Assembly (NCBI RefSeq): GCF_004010195.1 | Contig: NC_057755.1 | Coordinates: 8,461,286-8,525,285, forward strand | Source of the DNA: Chiloscyllium plagiosum | Lineage: Eukaryota | Length of the DNA stretch: 64,000 bases | Direction: 5' to 3' | Part shown: positions 23,301-35,300 of the stretch, piece by piece | Numbering within the stretch: the first letter of the stretch is position 1 | Layout of the letters: each line of letters starts with the position of its first letter | The notes under the pieces: model-generated | What the model was told of the DNA's origin: nothing | The model's database searches: none | The model's input: only the letters and a program-made list of their open reading frames with translations | Translations under genes and position numbers: made by a program

Positions 23301-26300
23301 TATGATCATGGCTGATTTCATCTTGATCTCAACTCCACTTCCTGCCCATTCTCTACAAGCCTTCAATCTGTTACTAATTAACAATCTGTCTGTCTCCTGA
23401 AATTTACTCAATGATCCAGCATCCATCACATGCTGAGGGAGTGAATTCTATAGTTTCATGACCCTTTGATAGAAGTATTTTCTCCTCTTCTCTGGTTTAA
23501 ATCTGCTCAACCCTTATCCTTAAATGATGACCTCTCAGTCTAGACGGCTCTACATCAGGAAACATCTCTCCGTCGACCTTGTCAATTCCCTTCAGAAGTT
23601 TTCCTACCTCAATTGGATTTCCTTTCATTCTTCTAAACTCCAGAAAGTATCGGTCTAAACTGCTCTGTCTCTTTTCATTTCACAATCCCCTCATCTCTGG
23701 AATCAACCAAGTGAACCTCCTTTGATGTACCATTGATGCAATTACTCAAATGAATAGACAAAAATTGCGTACAATGCTCTCACTAACATTTGTACAGTTA
23801 CTGCAACATTTCCCTTCTGTCATAGTCTATCCTTTTAGCGATAAATGCCAAAATTCAATTGGCTTTCCTTATTACCTGTTGTCCCTGCCAGTGAGATTTT
23901 TGTATTTCCTGCACAAGGACACCCTGATTCCTCTGAATTAAGTTTTTTCTCTCCATTTAGATAATAAATTGCCTTTCCATTCCTCTGAGTGATATGTAAA
24001 AACTTCATGCAAGAGTTAATTTTAGCCTGTAATCTGAAAGAACAAAAAAAAAGGTTGGCAATTCTTAGCCAGGACTTCGAGCAAAGGTTGCAGCTTGTTT
24101 GTTTACATTGCATAAGTGATAAGTAGAAGTTCATTGCTGGCTATTATCTAATCAAGAATTGAATATGCTTTCTTAGTCGAATTACAGATAGCCAGACCTG
24201 GTTAGAGGGTTGGGTATAATTTAGCGTTTCAGCTGGATTTGTAAGAATAACATACAGTTTGGAATATTTCAGACTTGTGACGGTAGGTTTATGCATTGAG
24301 CAACATACACTGGGCTTGTGGATAAATGTGCAATGTTCGCTTAAAGATGCAACATGCTGCAGTGAATTGCTGGCTGTAATCTAAACAGAAATTTGGTCGG
24401 TTTTTGTAGGCTGGTTAATTGTAACCATGCTCTTCACAAAAGCTTGCTTGGTTCACTGCAGTGATCAGAACCTGTTATCCTGACCACAGCTGGAATATAG
24501 GTGGCTCCAGAGGAACTGCAATGTTCCTGAATCTCAATATACTCCTTCCTGGCCTTGCATGCCACTTAGTTTACTGAAAATGGAGCTGGTCACCAATCAT
24601 TCTCGAAGTACAAGAAAGAATGGAATCAAATGAATGGGGTAGCAGCAAATTGTAGACTTAGATCTAACAGGGGACTGGACCTTGTGAGGTGTCTAATGCC
24701 TGGGAATGCATTGTGGGCTTTCACCTAATGAAGGGTTTAAGTGGTTTATGTACAAGTCGTGTATTTCCTGAGAACAATTTCAGCTTTTAATTCTAAACAA
24801 GTAGATTTGGCATAATCCTTTAAAATTTGCGTCACATGTACACAGGATGTTTAAGAAGGCACGTAGCACGCTTGGCTTCATTACTCAGACCTTTAAGTAA
24901 AGGAGTTGGGACATCATGTTGCGGTTATATAGGATGTTGATGAGGCCTCTATAGTGCTGTGTCCAGTTTTGGTTATCCTGTTATAGGAAGGATCTTATTA
25001 AACTAGCGAGGTTCAGAAAAGATTTCCAAGGATGTTGCGGGGAAAGGAGGGTTTGGTATATTAAAATAGACTGGAAAGGCTGGCATGTTTTTCACCAGAG
25101 CGGAAGAGGTTGAGGACTGACCTTATTGAAGCTTGTAAAATGATGAGGAGTATCGATAAGGGGAATAGCAAAGGCCTTTTTTTCCCTAGAGTGGAGAAGT
25201 GCAAAATGAGGATTTAATTTTAGATGGGAGGAGAAAGGTTTAAAAAGGACATGAGGGACAACTTTTTTACACAGACAGTGTTTCTCATGTGGAATGAACT
25301 GTCAGACATTGTGGTGAATGCGGGTCCAGTTACAATATAACAAAACATTTGAATAGGTATATGAATAGGAAAGGTTTAGTGGGATATGGGCCAAGGGCAA
25401 GCAGTTGTTGGGATCAACTTAGTTTGGGATTATGGTTGGCATGGACTAGTGGAACTGAAAGCTGTATGACCCTATGACTTTGTAAGCGCTGAGAAAATAT
25501 TTTGGAGTCAAGAGTTATCGAATTGTTGTGACAGGAGGAAGCAGGAGGCCATTTAGTCCATTGTGCTTGCATCAGCACTTCAAATGAGCATCACGACACA
25601 ATCTCCACCCTTACTCTCCACACCCTTGCAAACTGCTTCTCTCGAAATAGCCATCCGCTTGAATGTCTCAACGTGTTCCAGCCTGATAGTGCCTCTGTTT
25701 AAAATCTTTTGTGGTGCATTGGTAATGTCCTTACCTCTGAGCCAAGAGGTCAAGATTCAAGCCCACCTGCTCCAGAGATGCACCCTAATATCTCTGAACA
25801 GGTTGACTTGAAAGTATCCAGTGACCTGGTGGTATTATTGGTAGACTTTTTTATCCAGAGATCCAACTAACATTCTGGGGATTTGGATTCGAGTCCTGCT
25901 ATGTCAGATGGTGGAGTTTGAATTAAATACTAATGGAGAAATAAGAGTCTCATGATTGTCAGGAACCATATGGTCCAGTTTAGAGCAGAAAATCGGCTGT
26001 TCTTACCTGATCTGGCTTAAACGTGACTCCAGACCCACAGCAATGTGGTTGACCCATCAGTCCTGAGGAGAGGTCACTGAACCTGAAACGTTAACATGAT
26101 TTCACTCCTTAGATGCTGAGTTTTTTTGTCAGAACTCCTAGCCTATCACCTACACGCAAGAGCATGGCTCATGCAGCTCTGGGGCAATCGTGACCCTGAA
26201 CTCAACAATGGAGATGGCAATACACATCAGAGTGTCATATTTAGAATCTTTCTTACAGGATTCAGTTATTCCTTTGTACTTGAGCAATGCTAATGAGACT

Positions 26301-29300
26301 TTTCACTGATTAGCTTGTAAAAACCCCAGGGAATCCTCACTCTGAGTTTTCTTGCTAATTTTCTAATATATTATGCATGTTTGCATCGTCGCTTGTGATC
26401 CATTCCGTGCGAAATATAGCAGCCTAGAGCAGTACGCTCCCTGAAGGGGATGTTGCAGTTTATCCCCGTATTGATCAGATGATTTGGTGGCTTGTTTGTT
26501 CAGAGGAGTCAAACAATAAACTGAACAAACACCAATGGCAATTCAGGCACGTGGGAGTCAACTCATTTAAGGCAACGGAGAGATAAGCCCTTCTGAGAGT
26601 CTCGGGAGTGACAAAACAAGCTTTTGTACTAAATCCAGCACTTGGCTTGGCACCAGAATTAACACATTCGCAATTTGGAAAGTGAAAGTGAGAATTGGAG
26701 CTGGATTTCCTGCTTATCAAACCGGATTTCTTATGTAATTGGATCCTTTAGATATCGGGCACACATGGACAAATTGGGCAGACCAATGGCAAGAAGGAAA
26801 TAAATTGGGGCGGGGGAGGGGAGGTTGGGAACAGTGCATTTTACGGAATTACACAACGTAGTACCATTACAAGTAGCTTACAGAGATACCAGGAGGGGGA
26901 TAGTTAAGGCCATAAAAGCAGAAGTAGGCATTCAGCCCATAGGGTCTGCACTGCCATTCAGCAAGACATCAGCTGATCTCATAATTCTCAACTCCACTTC
27001 TCTTTCTATTTTCCTTACCCTTAATTAATAAAATCTCTGTCAGCCTTGAATATGCTTAATGACCCAACTTCTATGGTAAAGATTTCCACTGATTCCCCAC
27101 TCTCTGAGAGAAGAAATTCCTCTTCATCTCTATCTTAAATATGCGGCCACATAGTCTGAGATTATGCCCTCTGGTCTTAGACTCTCAAATGAAGGAAAAT
27201 AACATACCCGCATTGACTCAAGAATCACACTGAGAATCATAAGCATTTCAATGGGGGTGCCTCTCATTCTTTTAAAAGTCAAAGAGAACAGGTCCAACAT
27301 TGCGAATGGAATGCTGACTTTTATAGCTAAAGGAATAGAATATAAATGTAAAGAAGAAGTATTGTTGCCACAATACAAGGCATTGGGGAGATCACACTTG
27401 CAGTGTTGTGCGCAGTTTGGTCCCATTATTTGAGGAAAGATGTAGTTACACAGGAGACTGTTCAGAGGAGGTTCACTGGATTTATCCCAGAGATAAGGGG
27501 TTTGTCGTATGAAGAACTGTCTAGGCCCGTATTCTCTGGAATTTAGAAAACTAAGGGGAGATGAAGTTGAGGTATTCAAGATGATAAACAGTTTGGATAA
27601 AAAGGACGTGGGGCGGATGCTTCCAATTGTGGAGCATTCTAGGACGAGAGGCCAGAGTCTCAGGAGAAGAGGTAGCAAATTTTATACAGAGTTGAGGAGA
27701 AACTATTTCTCCTGGAGGGTTTTCGATCTGTGGAATTCACTACCCCAAAATGTGGTGAGTGAATTTTAAAATAATTTAGACAGTTTCTTTTATTGGTAAT
27801 GGGTTGAAGGGATATGGGGAGAAGGCAGGAAATGGGGGAGGGGAGGAGCATATTAGCCATGATCAAATGGTGAAGCAGACTTGATGGGCCGAATGCTCTA
27901 ATTCTGCTCCTATATCTTATGAACTTATGAAACTATTCAACCTCTCCCCATAAGACAGTCCCACTAATACAGTCCCTTCATACATAAGAACAGCCCAGTG
28001 AAGCATCTTTGGAGTGCCTCCTGCTCCAATCTTTATTGCCTTTGATAAGTGGACCAAACCTTTTCACAGTATTCAGCAGTCTATGATTAAATTAATTCAA
28101 TTTTGCCAGCAACAATTTTGCAAAAAGATAGTGTGTGGAAAAGCCCAAGAACACCTGAATTTCGTCGACAGAATCAAAAAAAAAGAACAGGCAGGTTGCA
28201 CAAAATCATTTCAAAAACTTAGGATGCAACTAGCTTCTTATGTCTGGATGGCACACTCTACGAAGGATTTGTGGATCCATGGATACTTATCTCTCAGTGC
28301 TTCTGTGAATGAAGACTTTTAAATAAAACATTAGGTGAAATGTCGGTAATTCCTTTTGGATCCAAATAGTAAGTGTTAGATATGATTACGGCAGGGTTAG
28401 ATGAAATATTATCACCGAAATGGAATGTAGCTAGAAATAGTTCACTTAGCTCCAGTCGATAATCTCTTGAATATTTCTGTTCTGATTTGTATTTTGTAAT
28501 GATAGTAAATATTACATCATCACGTTAAAGCAATAGCTTGTCTTGTTGGTTATCCTTGCACCTCGTGTTTAATGAGAAACTTTCTGCTTTGGCTGGGCAG
28601 AATCACCTGCAAGAGATTTGGGTCAGACTCATCGTCCTGTGAAGAGGAGACTGCAAGGCAGATGAAGCCTTTGCGTGTAGAAAATGAGGCAGACAGAGAA
28701 ATGGACAAGAGGTCCGAAAACAAACAGTGGGAGGTGGAAGAGAAAGAAGAAAAGATGGAGCCGACTGATCACTTTAATATCCAAACCAAAGCCTCAACAG
28801 GTGCGAATGCCTTCTTCCTCTCCATCCCATTCGCCTCCAAACTCCCTCTTCTTTACATAAATTCTCTCTTTTCTTACACCTGTCATTGCCCCCTTCCCCT
28901 TTCTTCTGCTTTACTCTCTGCCCCACCTTTAACTCCCCTTCCCCAAGCCATTCAGCCCTTAGACCCTGTTCTGCATTTGCTAGGATCGTGGCAGATCTGA
29001 CATTTCTCATGTCCACTTTCCTAATCTCGTCCGGTAGTGCTTGATGCCCTGACTGATCATAAAACTATCTGTCTCAGCCTGAAAAATGCATAAGGACTCT
29101 GCTCCCCCAGCTCTCTGTAGCAGGGAGTTCCAAAGGCTCCCAACCCTCAGAGAGAATAATTTCTGTCTTGAATTGCTGTCACTTTATTCTGAGACTATGC
29201 CTTATGGTTCTAGACTCTCCCATGAGGAGAAACATTCCCTCAACATTTGCTCTGTCAAACTCCTCAATAATCCTACATCTCTCAATGAGATCACCTCTCT

Positions 29301-32300
29301 AAACTCCAGTGAGTCGAGTTGGCAAATGTATAGTATTTGAAATGACATTAATCCTACTCATTTGCCAATCATATCCATAAGGAGCCTATTAGACTCAAAA
29401 CTGTTCAATGTTTACTTGGGTTCACGGTCAACATGACAGCTAAATATAGATAAATTATTCCGTATTAAGAGCTGGAATTGCAGATTTAATTTCTAGACTT
29501 TGCTCTCTGCAGCTCCATATTACTCAACCAGCAGACATCGACCTTTCATTCGTGCTTTATCTCATTCTGCTTCATATTTTGAGAAAATTAATTAATTACC
29601 TTTCGAGATGTTAAAGTACAGCCGTCACAATCTGAGTTTGGACGATCTCTGCTCTTAATTAACTTTGGAGTAGATATTGTTACGACACATCAGTGAACCC
29701 TTCCATTAATTAAATGAAACACCCATAAAAGCTCACCTCACCTCGTAATCTGTTAAAATATGAGTGACAGTAAATTCCCAAATATCAATATTTAAAGAAC
29801 ATAATATCAATTTATTCCTTAGTTGTAAAATTGAACATTAAACAACAACTATTTACAACTTTGAACCCCATTTCCTTTAACTGTTTATTATCTGCCTCCA
29901 ACTCTATACTAATATACTGTTCCAATATAAAAAAATCAAAGTTACATCAACTTAATTTCAAAACCACAGAGGGGCTGTTGTCTCAAATATCTCCCGGGAG
30001 CGTCTCTTTTCTTTTACTGTGAAGATGCTTCATATGAAAAGGTAACTTTGATAGAGTCACCGAGTCATAGAGATGTACAGCATGGAAACAGAGCCTTCGG
30101 TCCAACTCGTCCATGCCGACCAGTTATCGCTACCAAATCTACTCCCACCTGCCAGAATCCAGCCCATATCCCACCAAACCCTTCCTATTCGCATACCCAT
30201 CCAGATGCCTTTTAAATGCTGCAATCGGACTTGCCTCCACCACTTCCTCTGGCAGCACATTCCATGCACGTACCACCCTCTATGTGAAAATGTTGCCCTG
30301 AGGTCTCTTTTATATCTTTTCCCTCTCACCCTAAACCTATGCCCTCTAGTTCTGTCTACTCCTATCCTGTCCCTCATTACATTATAAACCTCTATAAGGT
30401 CACCCCTAAGACTCCAATACTCCAGGTAAAACAGCCCTGGCCTATTCAACCTATTTCAATAGCTCAAATTCTCCAACCCTAGCAACATCCTTGTAAATCT
30501 TTTCTGAACCCTTTTAAGTTTCACAATGCTTTCCCATAGGAAGGAGACCAGAATTGCACACAATATTCCAACAGCGGCCTAACCAATATGCTCTACAACC
30601 ATAACATGACCTCCCAACTCCTGTACTCAATACACTAATCAATAAAGGAAAGCATACCAAACGCTTTCTTCACTATCCTATCTACATGCGACTCCACTTC
30701 AAAGAGTTATGAACCTGCACTCCAAGATCTCTTTGTTCAGCAGCACTCCCTAGGACCTAAGTGTGTAAGGCCTGCTAAGATTTGCTTTCCAAAATGCATT
30801 TATCTAAATTAAAACTTTCTGCCACTTTGCAGCTCATTGTTTGATTTGATCAATATCCCATTGTAATCAAAGTTAACCTTCTTCGCTGTTCGCTACACCT
30901 CCAGTTTTGGTGTCATCTGCAAACTTAGTAACTATATTTCTTATTCTCACATCAAAATCATTTACATAAATGTTGAAAAGTAGTGGACCCAGCACCTATC
31001 CTTGTGGCACTTCACTGGTCACAGGCCTCCTGTCTAAAAAACAACCCCCACCCCCACCTCCCACACCCTGAGACAGTTCTGTATCCAAATGGCTAGTTCT
31101 CCCTGTACTCCATGAGATCTAACCTTGCTAACCAGTCTCCTATGGGGAACTTTGTGGAATGCCTTACATCTACCGCTCTGCCCTCATCAATCCTCTTTGT
31201 TACTTCTTTTAAAAACTCAATGTTTTTGAATGGCAGTCTTTCTTGATGGCAGTCACACTGCCTCACTTTCAAAGTGCCTGCCTTTTTTATACCCCAAACA
31301 TCGTATCATTCATTGATTGAATCTTGGCAAAACAATAAATTCAAACTCGATTGGGTTTTAGTATCCTGGGATATAATTTAAACTGATTCATTAAATTCGA
31401 GTTGTTGTCAAAACAACAACCAACTCAGGCATCAATTTCACACCCAAATGTCACATATTTTCAATTTTCCAGTACACTCTGGGACTTCTAGTTAATCATA
31501 TGACAGGTATCAGTGCAAAACAGCATTCATTCTCTCTTAAGAGTACAGTACATACCTTCAAATTCATAATCAGATATTGTTCTCGTCATCATTTGCAGGT
31601 GCCTGTGTTGGAATGGGGTGTAAGAAGTTAAAAAATCACAGACCACGTTATAGTCCAACAAGTCAATATGAAAACACTAGCTTTCAGAGTGCTGCTCTCC
31701 TTCATCAGGTGGTTTGAAGGAGCAGTGCTCCAAAAGCTAGTGCTTCCAAATAAAGCTGTTGTACTATACACTGGTATTGTGTGATTTTTAACTTTGTTCT
31801 CGTAAATCAAGCCCTGAGACTCTCGAAGGTTGTGCATCTTTAGAAGGTGTGTTTGAGGGAAGAGGTAACAATATTGTCACTGGGCTTGAAGTAGAGGTTT
31901 ATAAAACAGGGTCAGTCCTTTTATCCTTGTCTGCATGTCTGCTGTAACGAACAGCATTACATTAGCTCAGCAATTTGTCTTTGCCCTCCCCAATCTCCCC
32001 AATCTCAGTTCCCTGGCTCTCCTCCCTGATCTGAATTAGGTGTGACAGGTCAAATGAATGGCCTTTTGTGTTGCTGCAAAGGGAAAGGAAACCTACTGAT
32101 CTCAGTACTTCTTGCAGTCCCTTAGAGCTGCCACATTTTCTTTCCAGAGTAATTTCTGGCATGTTTGACGCTCTAGCTCTCTACACCAAACCCCCCTCCC
32201 CACGCCCACCCTGCAGGGACTGATGTGAAGATGGACAAAGTCCGCTCGTTCAGAAGTTGCATCTTCTCCAGACTCTTTGTCACTCACCTGATGTGGATTT

Positions 32301-35300
32301 CCGTCCTGCAGCTCCGACACTACTTATTCATCGGCACCCTGAACCCCATGCTCATGCTGATGTCCAATGGTGATACCACAGAGGGTAAGGCGTCGAGTCA
32401 CGTCAGCGATCAATGACCAAGGTTGGAGAGGAGGGAGAAATAGGAAGACTGAGCGAGGAAACAAGAAAAGGAGAGATGGCTAGGCTGAGGTGGAGCCAGA
32501 GAGTTTTGGCCCAGATGGAAATAATGGGAGAGCACGAAGAGTTTGCAATTGCATGGCAGAGAACAGAGAAGAGTATCACAGAATCACTCCTGTGTGCAAA
32601 GAGGCCATTCCGCCCATCATGAGACCAGCCGCTTTATAATCTCGTGGCAATCCACTGCCTTTGGTTCATATCTCTGCATGACATTGCTCCCCAAGTAGAT
32701 TCATAAAGCTGTACATCATGGAAACAGACCCTTCAGTCCAATTCATCCGAACCGTCCCATCTTCCTAAATTAATCTAGTCCCATTTGCCAGCACTTGGCC
32801 CATAATCCTCCAAAGCCTTCCTATTCGCATACCCATTCATATGCCTTTTAAATGTTCTAATTGTTCCAGCCTCCACCACTTCCTTTGGCAGCTCATTCCA
32901 TATACACACCACTTTCGGCGTGAAAACATTATTCTTTTGGTCCCTTTTAGATCTTTCCCCTCTCATCCTAAACCTATGCCTTCTGATTCTGGAATCCACC
33001 ACCGTGGAGAAAAAGATCTTCGCTATTTACCGTATCCAAGACCATTATGACATTATAAACCTCTAAAAGGTCATTCCCTCGGCCTCTGACGCTCCAGGGA
33101 AAACAACCCCAGCCTATTCAGTCTCTCCCAATAGCTCAAACACTCCAATGAATCTTTTTTTCTGAACTCTTCCAATTTTAGCAACATCCTTCCGATAGCA
33201 GGGAGACCAGAATTGCATACAATATTCCAAACGTGGTCTAACCAATGTCCTGTAGAGCTGCAACATGACCTCCCAACACCTATACTCAATGCTCTGACCA
33301 AACGCTTTCTTCACTGTCCTATCTACCTGAGACTCAACTGTCAAGGAACTAAGAATCTGCACTCCAAAGTTTCTTTGTTCAGCAACTCTCCTCAGGACCT
33401 TACCATCAAGTGTATAAGTCCTGCCCTGATTTACCTTTCCAAAATGCAGCACGTCACATTTACCTAAATTATACTCCATCTGCCACTCCACGGCCCATTG
33501 GTCCCCTTTTGATTCAATGCAGCACCTCCCAAATAACAATCCAATTCCTTCACAGAAGAGGAGAGCAATCACATCTGCAAATTAATGGGGAGCCTTTAAT
33601 TTAATAATAGGTGGGGCTGAAATGCTAGGAGGATGACAGTGGGGGAGAGAATGAGACAGGAAGCAGAGGGAAAGAAGAGTAAGATGTGAGAGTGTGGGAG
33701 AGATAGGTTAGAGAGGCTACCAGATGAATATCTGGATGCACATTGGGATCTGAGTTGTGGTACAAACTGGGGCATACCTCGTCATACGAAGGATGATACC
33801 TATCCCACACATGGGTGTGAATTTAAAGGGTTCACGTTCAGTTTGCCTTCTCAAGGTGGGTTTGTTTTGTTTTAAGAAGATGGTTGATGTAGGATATAAC
33901 TTGAAATCATCTGTACACACATTTACAAATATTAACTTATATACATTGAGAGTTCCATTCCAAACGATACTGATACTCAGCTTCCAGACTGTACTGGGCC
34001 TTTTTAGATATCTGTGTCTAAATGCATCATGACATGTGGATCCCAAACCTCATCAAAATCTGGTGACCTTTTCCACAATGGGATCTGCATCCCAACCCCA
34101 AATCAGGACAATCCACACGCTAAATGCCAATTAAACAGTAATAAATAAATTGACAATTAATAATGACTTTCCATTTTTTAATCAGACCAGTCGTCCAATA
34201 CAAAATGGCTCTATGCCACAAATCCACATATCGGGGGGTGGGGGGGAACACACATACAAAGAACAGTGCATGTAAATTGCTGGAGAAACGCAGCAGGTCT
34301 GGCAGCGTCAGTGGAGAGAGAAATAGAGTTAATGTTTTCATTCCACGTGACCCTTCAGCCTGGACTCAAAATGTTTATTCTGCTTTCTCTCTCCACTGAA
34401 GCTGCCAGACCTGTTGAGTTTCTGCAGCAATCTCAGTTTCCATTCTGCATATCAGGAAAAATGTTTAGATAAATGTGTTAGGAAATATTTAAGTTGTATT
34501 TGATTGTAATTCTTTGTTTGTTTATTTGCTTCTCTACTTTTTAACACCCTCTCTGGCTCACTTCATATCTCCCTTTGTTCCCTCCTCCCAACTCTCTCTC
34601 TCTCTCTCTCTTTCTACCTACATCCTTAGTGAGCAAGTATACAAATGCATTCGCCCTCACACAGATCTGTGGTTTTTTCTGTGCTCCCTGGAATGGGATA
34701 GTGTTGGACTGGCTGCAACAAACAGACAAAACCTCCAAAGCTGTTTCAGGTAAATGGAAATCACCATGGAGTCCCTTCGCGATGTTAGGAACACTCAGAT
34801 TTCAACCAGTCTTGCATAATCCTGATGAGCAAATTGAACACTCTTTGAATAGAGCCAATGCATGAATGGCCAGGCTTCAAGGTTGAGTATCCCCTCAGTC
34901 TCGGCTAATCGAGAGAGCTGACGTTTCGGGCATCAGCCCCTGATCCTGGCAAATCTTCTGCACCCTCTCTAATGTGATCACGTCCCTCCTATAATGTGGA
35001 TTCCAGAGCTGCAAACAATACTCCAGCTGTGGTCTGACAGACGTTTTATCCAGATCCAGCCTCACCTCACTCCCACTCTCAGATTAAAACAATCCATGGA
35101 CGTGTTCTGAAGTGCTGTCCTTTCTCAGGAAATCTGAGGCTAACACAAAGCTCCTTCAGAGCTTCAAGTCTCCTGCATGTGAACTTTCTGCTCCCTCACT
35201 GTTTCTACCAGCTGCCCTTACCCTACCCCCAGTCCTGAAGAACAGTTACATCTGAAGTGTCGACTTCTCCACCTCCTTATGATGCCTGACTTGCTGTGTT

